Assembly (NCBI GenBank): GCA_964493305.1
Contig: CAZBLW010000002.1
Span: forward strand, 258,521 to 322,520
Source: an uncultured Gammaproteobacteria bacterium
Lineage (GTDB): Bacteria > Patescibacteriota > Patescibacteriia > S139-126
Reading direction: 5' to 3'
DNA: 64,000 bases
Under the pieces are notes generated by a model that saw only the letters and a list, made by a program, of their open reading frames with translations, did no database searches and was not told the origin of the DNA. Below are positions 20,807-29,976 of the stretch, piece by piece. Position 1 is the first letter of the stretch, and each line of letters opens with the position of its first letter. A program made the position numbers and the translations under genes.

Positions 20807-20862
20807 AAAATGTTAATTATAAATTGTAAATTTTAAATTATAAATGAATTATAAAATTACAA

Positions 20863-20882
20863 CCTGCCTGCCGGCAGGCAGG
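20863..20882. repeat. perfect 20-bp palindrome cctgcctgccggcaggcagg in the intergenic region between two giant genes
   Basis: Read directly from the sequence. Related to the second hairpin of the MITE (gattcctgc...gcaggaatc). Confidence 0.6.
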
Positions 20883-20945
20883 AATTAAAAATTATAAAAT
20901 TAGTAATTCATTAGTTATTAGTAATTAGTCATTAGTAATTTATCC

Positions 20946-23900
20946 ATGCATTTTTCTTTTCCCCAACTAAATATATTAAATGCCTTAAAACGAACCAAAG
21001 TTAACAAAGGTACTTGGTTGGCTATTTTTGCAGTAGTGGTTTTGGTTTTGGCTAGTTCTTTTTACTTCTTTCGTAAAGATTCCCCAGAAGCAGAAGCTTC
21101 TTGGTGGGATGAAGGTTGGTATTATCGTAAAGCCTTAGTAGTTGACTATACCAAAGTAGATAGTGAATTAACCAACTTTCCCATAGCTGTCCAGTTTAAC
21201 ACCACCAACAATATCTATAATAATACCAATAGTGATGGCTCTGATCTTAGGTTTACTGATAACAATGGTAATCTCTTAAACTATGAGATAGAAAAGTGGA
21301 ATGAATCAGGCACTTCTACTGTTTGGGTAAAACTACCCACTGTTTATGCTACTGCTTCTACTACTTTTTATATCTACTATGGCAATCCTACTGCCACTGA
21401 TGCTCAAACACCTACTGAAGTCTGGGATGATAACTTTGTGGGGGTGTGGCATATGGCGCAAGATCCATCAATTGCTGGTGCCAGTATTTTAGATTCTACC
21501 AGCAAGCAAAGCAACGGCTCACCCCTGGGGTCGATGACTACTGATGATTTGATAGATGGCCAGTTGGGTCAAGCTTTGGATTTTGATGGTTCAAATGACA
21601 CAATCAATTTTGGCAATGGAACTGATTTCAATTTGACTAGTGAATATACTTTTTCAGCGTGGATAAATTATAAACGAACCCTACTTCAAACTTTATTTGC
21701 CAAAAGTAGTTCTTATCGTTGCCGCGTACAAGCTACTAGTGATACTTTGAGTATTTACAATTTTACCGATACGACCGATACCAATGTCAATGCCATATTG
21801 ACCGTACCAAAAAACGAATGGTCATATGTGTCTTGTGTTTATGATAGTACCAATGGTGGTAAAGCATATTTAAACACCAGCACCAACACCGGACCTACTC
21901 CAGGCAGTGGTAATCTTGATCAAACAAGCGAAAATGTTTATTTAGCTTCTTTGAACAATAGTAGTAGGTTTATGCAAGCCTTTATAGATGAGGCTAGACT
22001 TTCCAAAGTCAGAAGAAGTGATGCCTGGATAAAAGCCGATTATTATAGCGGTTTAGGTACACTTTATACCCAATTGTCTGAAGAACAAGGTCCAGGGCCG
22101 GTGGCTTATTGGAGTTTTGATGAAGGGTATGGGACTACTGCCAATGACTATTCAACTGGCGGTAATAACGGCACTATCACCGGCGCTACTTGGAAAGATA
22201 GTTCAGAGTGCGTAAAAGGTAAATGTTTATTTTTTAATGACAACGGCTATGTTCAGATGAATACTACCACGACATTGGCAAAAAACAATTTTACGATTTC
22301 AGCATGGTTTAAAACTGATAGCACTGCTGATGATAAGATTATTTCTTTTGGTACATCATACCATCCTTTGCAGATTTTAAATGGCAATTTTCGTGTTTGT
22401 ATGAATGGTTGCTCAGTTGGCACTCGTATATTTAATGATAATATATGGCATCACGCACTTATTGTCGGAGATCAATCTTCTATCCGAGTATATGTTGATG
22501 GACAATTAGAAATAACTCAAGGGGTAACAAGTGGTGATATGGCTGGTATTTTACGTATTGGTGCTGTCGGTGCAGATGGTGGTGGTACGAGTCCTACTTA
22601 TTATTTTAAAGGTTATATTGATGAAGTAAAAGTTTATAACTACGCTCGCAGTGCTGATCAAATCAGACAAGATTACAATAAAGGTTTTAACATCGCTTTA
22701 GGACAAGCCAATCAATACAATAGTTTGTCAGATGGTTTGGTTGGGTGGTGGCCCATGGATGAACAAACTTGGAATGGAACCTCTGGTGAAGTACTTGATA
22801 TGAGTGGCAATAACACCACCGGTACAGCTACCAATGCCAATACCACATCCACCGCTAGATTTGGTAGAGCTGGAAGTTTTGATGGTGATAGTGATTATGT
22901 TGAGTTGAATAATAATTCTAAAATTGCCAATTTAAACTCATCTAGCTTCACTATGGCTGGCTGGATTAGAACCACTGATATTACAAAAGAATGGCAAGGT
23001 ATTTTTGGTACTGACAACAGTCTTAGTTTTTTCGCAATTTATTTGCAAAGTGATGTCTATGCCTATACCTATATGGATGGACAGGTTGGAAATATTCGTA
23101 CACTTCACTCTGGCGCCAATTCTATAAAAAATAATACTTGGTATCATATTGCCGCCACCAGAGATTATCAAACTGGAGTTACTAATTTGTATTTAGACGG
23201 TAAATTGGTAGATACTTTTACAGCTTTAGGTAATGCTGGTGATCCACAAAATGGACTATATTTGTCTGTGGATGGTGCCAATAGCTTCAAAGGACAACTT
23301 GATGATATGCGTATATATAACCGCGCACTATCAGCTGATGAAGTCAGGCGTTTGTCTGAGTGGGCACCAGGGCCAGTATTATATATGCCTTTAGATGAAG
23401 CATCTGGAAGTAGTGTGTATGATAAAAGTGGAAATAATTTAAGTACAACGACAATCGGTTCACCAACTTGGTTAGACGGAAAATATGGTTCAGCTTTGCA
23501 TTTCAATGGTTCTACCCAAAAAATTGATTTAGGTAATAGTTCAAATTTACAATTAACAAATGGAACAGTTGAAGCCTGGATTAAAACCAGTGATGCCGGA
23601 ACGACGTATCGAGGTATTGTGGCCAAACAAAATGCCTATGGTATGTTTTTAAATGATAATGTTTTTGGAATATATGATTGGGGTGGAAGTGGGTGGCACA
23701 CGTCTGGCGTTAGTTTAAATGATAATCAGTGGCACCATGTCGCTTTTTCTTTTCAGAGTGGAATTGCCAGCGGTACTATTTTATATATCGATGGTATTCC
23801 TAAGTTGATAACAACAATGACAGTATCCAATCAAACTGCTTCATTGCAAATTGGTGAAGCAAATTCTAATCAGTATTTTGCAGGAGAAATTGATGATATA

Positions 23901-25949
23901 AAAATATACAATTATGTTCGTAACCAGCGGCAGATACTTGAAGATATGAACGCTGGTCGACCAAACAATCCGGTAGCGTATTGGAGTTTTGATGAAGGTC
24001 AAGGAAGTTATGCTAATGACTATAGTGGTTATAATCATCGAGGGACTTTAGGTTGCTCAGGTACAGGTTGTTCGTTACCTGAATGGAAAACTGGTGTAAG
24101 AAATACTGCTTTTTACTCAGATCCAGCAACAACTACAGAAAAACAATGCGTCTCACTTACTACTACAAATTTGAATATTTCTAGTGCTACCGGGACATCT
24201 GTTAGTATGTCGGTTTGGTTGAATGCTTCCACAACTCAGATAAGTAGTGGTGGGGGTTGGGTGCTTCGTCGGGGTTCAGGAACTGATGAAAATTATAGTA
24301 TGATTTTAGTTGCCAGTGGAGGAAAATATAAAGTTAAGCTGGAAGGTTATGATGGTATTACCTTTAGAAGCGGAACTTCCAATGGTGCTTATATAACACC
24401 TGGCGAGTGGACTCATGTCGTGATGATTTATAAACAAGGGATTGGTTTTGATCTGTATATCAATGGTGTATTTAAGGAAACTGTCAGTTATCCCTATATC
24501 AATTTGACTGGCACAAGTTTTGCGATTGCTTGTGGTGGTGGTAGTAATCAGTCTTACAATGGTTATATTGATGAATTGAAAATATATTTGTATGAGCTGA
24601 CCATGGATGAAATCAGAAAAGATTATAATTTTGGTTTACAAAATGTTTTAAGTCAGCCAGCGGTAAATACTCAAAGTGCTCCGACTTCTTCTTTAGCATA
24701 TTGGAAGTTTGATGATATGACAGGAACTACAGCTGTGGATAGTACTGGTAATGGTAAAAGTGGTAATTTTGGTGGTAGTCCGACGTGGACAGTTGAAGGT
24801 AAAAATGGCGGTGCTTTGTCTTTCAATGGCAGTAGTGATTATGTATCAGTCACAAATGATAGCGATTTAAATTTTGGTACCAGCAGTTTCTCAATAAGTT
24901 ATTGGACCAAATCAAATTATCCTTCAGGCACCAGAGGTTTTATTCAAAAAGGATCTGGACCTTTCAATACTGCTGGCACTGGTTGGCAACTGCGTCAAAA
25001 TGGAACTTTATTTGAATTTGCCCGTAATAATGGTGGTGCTAATCCAACCCGTTTATCAACCAGTTTATCTGCCTGGTCAGGCAAATGGGTAAATGTAATT
25101 GTGACTTACAATTATAGTACTGGTGATGCCAAGCTTTATGTCAATGGAAGTTATATTGATACAGTAAATTATACTGGTGACTATGTAGATTCTTATAATT
25201 TAGAAATAGGGCGAGGTAATGATGGATATTTCAGTGGCATGATTGATGATGTAAAACTTTATAACTATGTTTTAACTGACAGAGATATTATTATGGAATA
25301 CAATGGTGGCGCGCCAGTGGGTTATTGGAGTTTTGATGAAGGTCAAGGCGAAACCGTATTTGATAGGAGCGGCAATGGCAATAATGGCACATTAATTGTG
25401 GGTTCAGGTGGCACTCAGTCAGCTACTAGTTCCGCCTGGGCCAATGGCGTGGCAGGTAAAATAAATAGTTCTCTTAGTTTTGATGGTAGTAATGATGAAG
25501 TTATAATGCAAGGTCCTGAGCTATCTGTTAATGCTACTATAAGTGGATGGTTTTATTGGGTGGGTGGTGTCACTAGTTTAATAAGAGATAACACTGGAGG
25601 TAATGGTTGGATATTGGGTTATAACAGTGGTGATATTTTAAGATATCGGGTTGGTGGGATTGAGTTTAACACCAATATAAATGTTAGTAGCTTGCAAAAT
25701 AAATGGGTTCATTATGCTGTTACAAAAAATGCGAGTACAACAAATTATTATATTGATGGTGTTTTAAAATTTACAGGAACAACCGCAGCTAATGTTACTA
25801 GTACTATGCCATGGCATATAATGAGAAATGGCACAATTGCAAGTTATATATCTGGTAAAGCAGACGAAATAAAAATTTGGAATTATGCCTTAACTTCAGA
25901 TGAAATCAAACAAGAGTATAATGGAGGGTTTAGTAGTTTTTTTAGATAA
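20946..25949 (+). CDS. giant (1667 aa) membrane-anchored surface protein, paralog of the 15005-20806 gene (DUF2341-like plus about eight LamG-like modules)
   Basis: N-terminus, linker peptides (YNYARSADQIRQDYNKGF; NRALSADEVRRLSEWAPGPV; NYVRNQRQILEDMNAGRPNNPVAYWSFDEGQG) and the C-terminal ..EIKQEYNGGFSSFFR are near-identical to the previous gene. The two share stretches of DNA identity. Confidence 0.8.
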   Translation: MHFSFPQLNILNALKRTKVNKGTWLAIFAVVVLVLASSFYFFRKDSPEAEASWWDEGWYYRKALVVDYTKVDSELTNFPIAVQFNTTNNIYNNTNSDGSDLRFTDNNGNLLNYEIEKWNESGTSTVWVKLPTVYATASTTFYIYYGNPTATDAQTPTEVWDDNFVGVWHMAQDPSIAGASILDSTSKQSNGSPLGSMTTDDLIDGQLGQALDFDGSNDTINFGNGTDFNLTSEYTFSAWINYKRTLLQTLFAKSSSYRCRVQATSDTLSIYNFTDTTDTNVNAILTVPKNEWSYVSCVYDSTNGGKAYLNTSTNTGPTPGSGNLDQTSENVYLASLNNSSRFMQAFIDEARLSKVRRSDAWIKADYYSGLGTLYTQLSEEQGPGPVAYWSFDEGYGTTANDYSTGGNNGTITGATWKDSSECVKGKCLFFNDNGYVQMNTTTTLAKNNFTISAWFKTDSTADDKIISFGTSYHPLQILNGNFRVCMNGCSVGTRIFNDNIWHHALIVGDQSSIRVYVDGQLEITQGVTSGDMAGILRIGAVGADGGGTSPTYYFKGYIDEVKVYNYARSADQIRQDYNKGFNIALGQANQYNSLSDGLVGWWPMDEQTWNGTSGEVLDMSGNNTTGTATNANTTSTARFGRAGSFDGDSDYVELNNNSKIANLNSSSFTMAGWIRTTDITKEWQGIFGTDNSLSFFAIYLQSDVYAYTYMDGQVGNIRTLHSGANSIKNNTWYHIAATRDYQTGVTNLYLDGKLVDTFTALGNAGDPQNGLYLSVDGANSFKGQLDDMRIYNRALSADEVRRLSEWAPGPVLYMPLDEASGSSVYDKSGNNLSTTTIGSPTWLDGKYGSALHFNGSTQKIDLGNSSNLQLTNGTVEAWIKTSDAGTTYRGIVAKQNAYGMFLNDNVFGIYDWGGSGWHTSGVSLNDNQWHHVAFSFQSGIASGTILYIDGIPKLITTMTVSNQTASLQIGEANSNQYFAGEIDDIKIYNYVRNQRQILEDMNAGRPNNPVAYWSFDEGQGSYANDYSGYNHRGTLGCSGTGCSLPEWKTGVRNTAFYSDPATTTEKQCVSLTTTNLNISSATGTSVSMSVWLNASTTQISSGGGWVLRRGSGTDENYSMILVASGGKYKVKLEGYDGITFRSGTSNGAYITPGEWTHVVMIYKQGIGFDLYINGVFKETVSYPYINLTGTSFAIACGGGSNQSYNGYIDELKIYLYELTMDEIRKDYNFGLQNVLSQPAVNTQSAPTSSLAYWKFDDMTGTTAVDSTGNGKSGNFGGSPTWTVEGKNGGALSFNGSSDYVSVTNDSDLNFGTSSFSISYWTKSNYPSGTRGFIQKGSGPFNTAGTGWQLRQNGTLFEFARNNGGANPTRLSTSLSAWSGKWVNVIVTYNYSTGDAKLYVNGSYIDTVNYTGDYVDSYNLEIGRGNDGYFSGMIDDVKLYNYVLTDRDIIMEYNGGAPVGYWSFDEGQGETVFDRSGNGNNGTLIVGSGGTQSATSSAWANGVAGKINSSLSFDGSNDEVIMQGPELSVNATISGWFYWVGGVTSLIRDNTGGNGWILGYNSGDILRYRVGGIEFNTNINVSSLQNKWVHYAVTKNASTTNYYIDGVLKFTGTTAANVTSTMPWHIMRNGTIASYISGKADEIKIWNYALTSDEIKQEYNGGFSSFFR

Positions 25950-25990
25950 AAAAAATGAACACTGATTTATAACAGATAAACACGGATATT

Positions 25991-26401
25991 ATGACAGAAT
26001 TACTATATGAAGAGTTGAGTTATAAAATTAGAGGATGTTGTTTTACTATTTATAATACTCTTGGCTTTGGTCATAAAGAAGATATATATCAAAAAGCCTT
26101 AGAGATTGAATTAGCTAAACAAAAAGTTAGATATGAAGCACAAAAAAGTTTAGCTATATATTATGATGATAAAAAAGTTGGCAACTATAGACCAGATTTA
26201 ATTATTGATGATAAAATAATTATTGAAATTAAAGCAGTTGAGTTTATTCCAAAAAAGTTTGAACAACAGTTAATATATTATTTAAGGGGAATTAATTTCA
26301 AACTTGGATTTTTAGTAAATTTTGGAAGTTCAAAACTATATATTAAACGTCTTATTTGGTCGACAAATTATCAGCGTAAATCTGCCATTAATCCGTTGTA
26401 A
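25991..26401 (+). CDS. GxxExxY family protein (PD-(D/E)xK-like small protein)
   Basis: 136 aa. N-terminal LSYKIRGCCFTIYNTLGFGHKEDIYQKALEIEL carries the G-H-K-E-D-I-Y (GxxExxY) signature and the ALxxEL helix typical of TIGR04256-like proteins. Confidence 0.75.
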   Translation: MTELLYEELSYKIRGCCFTIYNTLGFGHKEDIYQKALEIELAKQKVRYEAQKSLAIYYDDKKVGNYRPDLIIDDKIIIEIKAVEFIPKKFEQQLIYYLRGINFKLGFLVNFGSSKLYIKRLIWSTNYQRKSAINPL

Positions 26402-26406
26402 CTATT

Positions 26407-27519
26407 ATGAAGTTGAGTAGAAAAAAAATATTATTTATTATAATCGCAATTGTTTGGGCTATCCCAGCTCTAGCAGATGACTATGCCTCTTCTACTTACA
26501 TCATCCGTGATCCGATTATTAGTGAGGGTGGAACACATTATTCTTCCTCAACCAATTTTGAAGTCAGATCAACTATTGGTGGTGTTGAAGCAATTGGAGT
26601 TTCCACTAGTACCAGTTATGAGGTAAGAAGTGGTTTTCAGTATTATGATGACTCTGGTCCGGATATAACAGCAGCAGTAGTTAATGATGGACCAGGAGCT
26701 GATCTTGATCAGCAGTCATCAATCAATACTTTAAGTGCCAATTGGTCAGGATTTGTTGACAATGAGTCAGGCCTACGGCCAACCAATACTTATGCTTATG
26801 CTCTCAGGCGAACACCTGACAATTATTATTGGAACGCTACTACCACCACCTGGCAAGCAGGTGAGGCTTGGTATTATACCAGCAATGCTTATGCCACGGT
26901 TACACCGGTATATTTGCGTACCTCCCAAACTTTTTATGTTTCAGTCAAAGCCTACAACAATTTAGATATTGCTTCACTGCCAGTCAATTCTGACGGAGTA
27001 AAGGTAATTGAAACTTTGACATTTTCTTTGAGTTCGTTTTCCGCTAGTTTCAATACTTTGGATCCGGGAAATAATTTTACGGCACTCAGTTACACTACTA
27101 CTACCGTTTCCACCAATGCCTACAATGGTTATGTAATAACTGCCTGGGAAACAGGCCCGATGACCCACCAAATCAATAACTTTTTTACTATTTCTGATTG
27201 GCCAGGTACCAATGCCGTGCCCACCGCCTGGGCGGGGACCTGTCAGGGAAATGATGAGTGCGGTTTTGGTTACAAAACTAGTGATACTAGCTTGTCCGGT
27301 GGAACTGCCAATCGGTTCGCCAGTGGCAATGATTATGCGGGTTTTGTCCAAACCGGAGCGGGAGACCCGGTAGCTGATCACACTGCCAATATCGACGGTT
27401 CTACAGGTGAAGTCGTAAATCAGCAGTTTTTGATAACTTATAAAATTTCTTCCAATGCCAGTCAAGCAGCTGGTCCATATGCTACTACCGTGGTGTATGT
27501 AGCAACGGCAAATTATTAG
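26407..27519 (+). CDS. secreted protein (type A of an A/B paralog pair). Signal peptide, internally duplicated SSTNFEVRSTIGG / STSYEVRSGF motif, Cys-pair region.
   Basis: 370 aa with a signal peptide (IIIAIVWAIPALA). The C-terminus (QAAGPYATTVVYVATANY) and the C..C..F..YxxFASG block are shared with the 28788 protein (SGDYSNTVVYITTAQFD; HTCFGLDCVGAYSSGTNYRQFAS). Confidence 0.6.
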   Translation: MKLSRKKILFIIIAIVWAIPALADDYASSTYIIRDPIISEGGTHYSSSTNFEVRSTIGGVEAIGVSTSTSYEVRSGFQYYDDSGPDITAAVVNDGPGADLDQQSSINTLSANWSGFVDNESGLRPTNTYAYALRRTPDNYYWNATTTTWQAGEAWYYTSNAYATVTPVYLRTSQTFYVSVKAYNNLDIASLPVNSDGVKVIETLTFSLSSFSASFNTLDPGNNFTALSYTTTTVSTNAYNGYVITAWETGPMTHQINNFFTISDWPGTNAVPTAWAGTCQGNDECGFGYKTSDTSLSGGTANRFASGNDYAGFVQTGAGDPVADHTANIDGSTGEVVNQQFLITYKISSNASQAAGPYATTVVYVATANY

Positions 27520-27520
27520 A

Positions 27521-27590
27521 ATAAGATTTAAGATGTAAGATTTAAGAATTAAGAATTCATAAATCATACTTCATAAATCAGAAATCATTT
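27521..27590. repeat. 'gatttaagatttaagaat ... attcataaatcatacttcata' intergenic repeat. Second copy at 59048-59118, partial copy at 14381-14420.
   Basis: The 21-mer attcataaatcatacttcata is present at 27545 and 59086, both preceded by gatttaag iterations. Confidence 0.6.
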
Positions 27591-27594
27591 TTAG

Positions 27595-28653
27595 ATGAAA
27601 AAAATTTTTTTTCTAATTATTACTACGTTTTTACTTTGGCCTGTTTTAACCAGCGCCCAAGTCAAAGAAGCACCGACTATTACCGTCAGTCCTGGTACTT
27701 TTGAACTTGATGTTTTGGGGGGAGAGAGTATAACTAGAGAAATTTTATTACGCAACGAAACCAACCTACCCCTACCGATAAAAGTTAAAACGATTACCTT
27801 TGATGCGGCTGATGAAACTGGTGGTATGACTTTTTTTGATGACACCAGTGCTGGTGAGTTATCAGCACAAAATTGGCTGAAACCAGACAGAAAAGAATTT
27901 ATCCTGGATGCTAAGCAAACAATTTTTTTACCAGTCACCGTTGCAGTTCCCACTGAAGCTTTGCCGGGCGGACATTATGTAGTGATGTTGTTTGAACCAC
28001 AACTACCTTCATTTTATTTTGCCGACAATGCCACCAAAGTAGTGCCAGTGGTTGGGGTGTTGTTTTTATTTAACGTACAAAAAGATTCCTTGAGTCGGCA
28101 GGTGGGTGATTTTTTATCCATTGTTAGTATTAACTGGCAAGACCAAACCGCTGATTTTTTACAAGGTTTGTCTAGGGTTTTAGAAAAATCTCTGGCCTGG
28201 TTATTACCCCAAAGAGTACTGGCTGCTGCCAATCCCATGGTTTATATTGACCCGCCAGAAGAGTTTGTAATGCGTCTGAAAAACAATCAGTTATGGCATA
28301 TCAAGCCCAGTGGCTATGTGAGAGTGCATAATATTTTCAACCATCTAGTAACTGAGACTGAAGTAAAACAATTTACTATTCTACCGGGTAGAATTAGGGA
28401 AGTCCCAGTGACTTTAGGTTGGAAAAATTTGGATAATTTTTGGCCACACGTTTTTGGCCGCTATGTGGTAGAAGTATCACTTAGCACCAAAGAAGGTTAT
28501 GTTTTCAACCAGTGGCAGGTTTTGTGGATCTTACCCTGGCAGTATATGTTATCCACATTTATTTTAGCTGGACTTTTCTTGTTTTTTGTGTTACAATTTA
28601 AAGGTAGAATAAGGAGATTTTTAATGGTTTTATTCACAGGCAAGACAGAATAG
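27595..28653 (+). CDS. cell-surface protein with N-terminal signal and C-terminal TM anchor (type B; DUF916/DUF3324-like topology as in the Firmicute WxL-locus protein CscA)
   Basis: 352 aa with a signal peptide and a beta-rich ectodomain carrying ..LPVTVAVPTEALPGGHYVVMLFEP (compare the GxYLGGI block of DUF916). C-terminal TM LSTFILAGLFLFFVLQF followed by the basic tail KGRIRRF. Paralog of 29977. Confidence 0.55.
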   Translation: MKKIFFLIITTFLLWPVLTSAQVKEAPTITVSPGTFELDVLGGESITREILLRNETNLPLPIKVKTITFDAADETGGMTFFDDTSAGELSAQNWLKPDRKEFILDAKQTIFLPVTVAVPTEALPGGHYVVMLFEPQLPSFYFADNATKVVPVVGVLFLFNVQKDSLSRQVGDFLSIVSINWQDQTADFLQGLSRVLEKSLAWLLPQRVLAAANPMVYIDPPEEFVMRLKNNQLWHIKPSGYVRVHNIFNHLVTETEVKQFTILPGRIREVPVTLGWKNLDNFWPHVFGRYVVEVSLSTKEGYVFNQWQVLWILPWQYMLSTFILAGLFLFFVLQFKGRIRRFLMVLFTGKTE

Positions 28654-28787
28654 AGAATTACGAATTAGGTATTACGAATTAAGAATAAATGAAAAATCCT
28701 TATAAATTAGTCATTTTTATCAGTAATTAGTTATTAGTAATTAGTCATTAATTAATATATTCCCCATTAATAAAATTAATCAAACAT

Positions 28788-29924
28788 ATGAAACTTAGAA
28801 AATTTTTCATGCCCAACTGGTATAAATGTCGACGTAATTTATACTTAGTTTTGGTTTTAGTTTTGTTGTTTACCACTTGGATGGTACAACCAGCCCGAGC
28901 TGATTTGACCAATGTCAAAGACACTTTGTCTGATTCCAGGCCCAGCCTTGGTGCCAATCATACTATCCAGTTTACCTTGTCTGGTGCCAACAATATCTCT
29001 ACTTCAGATACTATTGTAGTGACTTTTCCCGCAGGTTTTACAATTGGCTCAGTTGATTATACTGATATAGATCTTTCTGGATCAAGTGCCAGTGAACAAA
29101 CTTTGGCGGCCTCAGCTACTGCTTCTGATTGGGGAGCGGTTTTTTCCGGACAAGTGCTAACTTTGACTGCTCCGTCTGGTGCTGGACCTTTTATTGCCGG
29201 TGGTGAAACTGTGACCATCGAGATTGGCACCAATGCCACAGCTGGAGCTACGGGTGATCAACAAATACAAAATCCGACCGCTGCTAGTTATACAATTAGC
29301 ATAGCCGCCAATGGTGATAGTGCCGAAACCGGTGCTTTGGTGGTTGCTATAATTTCTGGGGTGACAGTGTCAGCTACTATTGCTGAATCTTTGACTTTTT
29401 CAATTACTGGTGTGAGCAACACCGCTTGTACTTTGGGTAATGCCGTAACTGCTGTGACAACTACAGCCACCGCCGTTCCTTTTGCTTCAATGAATGCCAA
29501 TACCTTTAAAAAAGGTTGTCAGATTTTGACAGTCAATACCAACGCCGGTGATGGTTATACTATGACCTCACAAGAAACTGATCAATTGACCAATGCTGGT
29601 TCACAAACTATTCCGGATACTACTTGTGATACTGGTACTTGTACCGAAAGCACAGCTGCTGCTTGGGCAACAGCCACTGCCAACCATGGACTTGGTCATA
29701 CTTGCTTTGGTCTTGATTGTGTAGGTGCTTATTCTTCCGGTACCAATTATCGCCAGTTTGCTTCAATTGCCGATACAGAAACCGCGCAAACTATTATGTC
29801 TTCATCAACGCCGGTAACCAATTCTACTTCTACCGTAGTTTATCAATTATCTGTTTCAGGATCACAATCATCTGGTGACTATTCCAATACCGTTGTCTAT
29901 ATCACTACTGCTCAATTTGATTGA
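28788..29924 (+). CDS. secreted protein (type A', paralog of 26407)
   Basis: 378 aa with a signal peptide (LVLVLVLLFTTWMVQPARA). Ala/Thr/Ser/Gly-rich, beta-rich. Shares the C-terminal blocks of the 26407 protein. Confidence 0.6.
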   Translation: MKLRKFFMPNWYKCRRNLYLVLVLVLLFTTWMVQPARADLTNVKDTLSDSRPSLGANHTIQFTLSGANNISTSDTIVVTFPAGFTIGSVDYTDIDLSGSSASEQTLAASATASDWGAVFSGQVLTLTAPSGAGPFIAGGETVTIEIGTNATAGATGDQQIQNPTAASYTISIAANGDSAETGALVVAIISGVTVSATIAESLTFSITGVSNTACTLGNAVTAVTTTATAVPFASMNANTFKKGCQILTVNTNAGDGYTMTSQETDQLTNAGSQTIPDTTCDTGTCTESTAAAWATATANHGLGHTCFGLDCVGAYSSGTNYRQFASIADTETAQTIMSSSTPVTNSTSTVVYQLSVSGSQSSGDYSNTVVYITTAQFD

Positions 29925-29976
29925 TCATTTTAGCAATCGAAAAATGTAAATTCACCCAAGTAGAATTTGGTCATGC

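Noticed and set aside
26974-27953. Minus-strand ORFs 26974-27567 (197 aa) and 27591-27953 (120 aa)
   Set aside because: They lie fully antisense to the well-supported secreted-protein genes 26407-27519 and 27595-28653. They have no RBS or recognisable domain.
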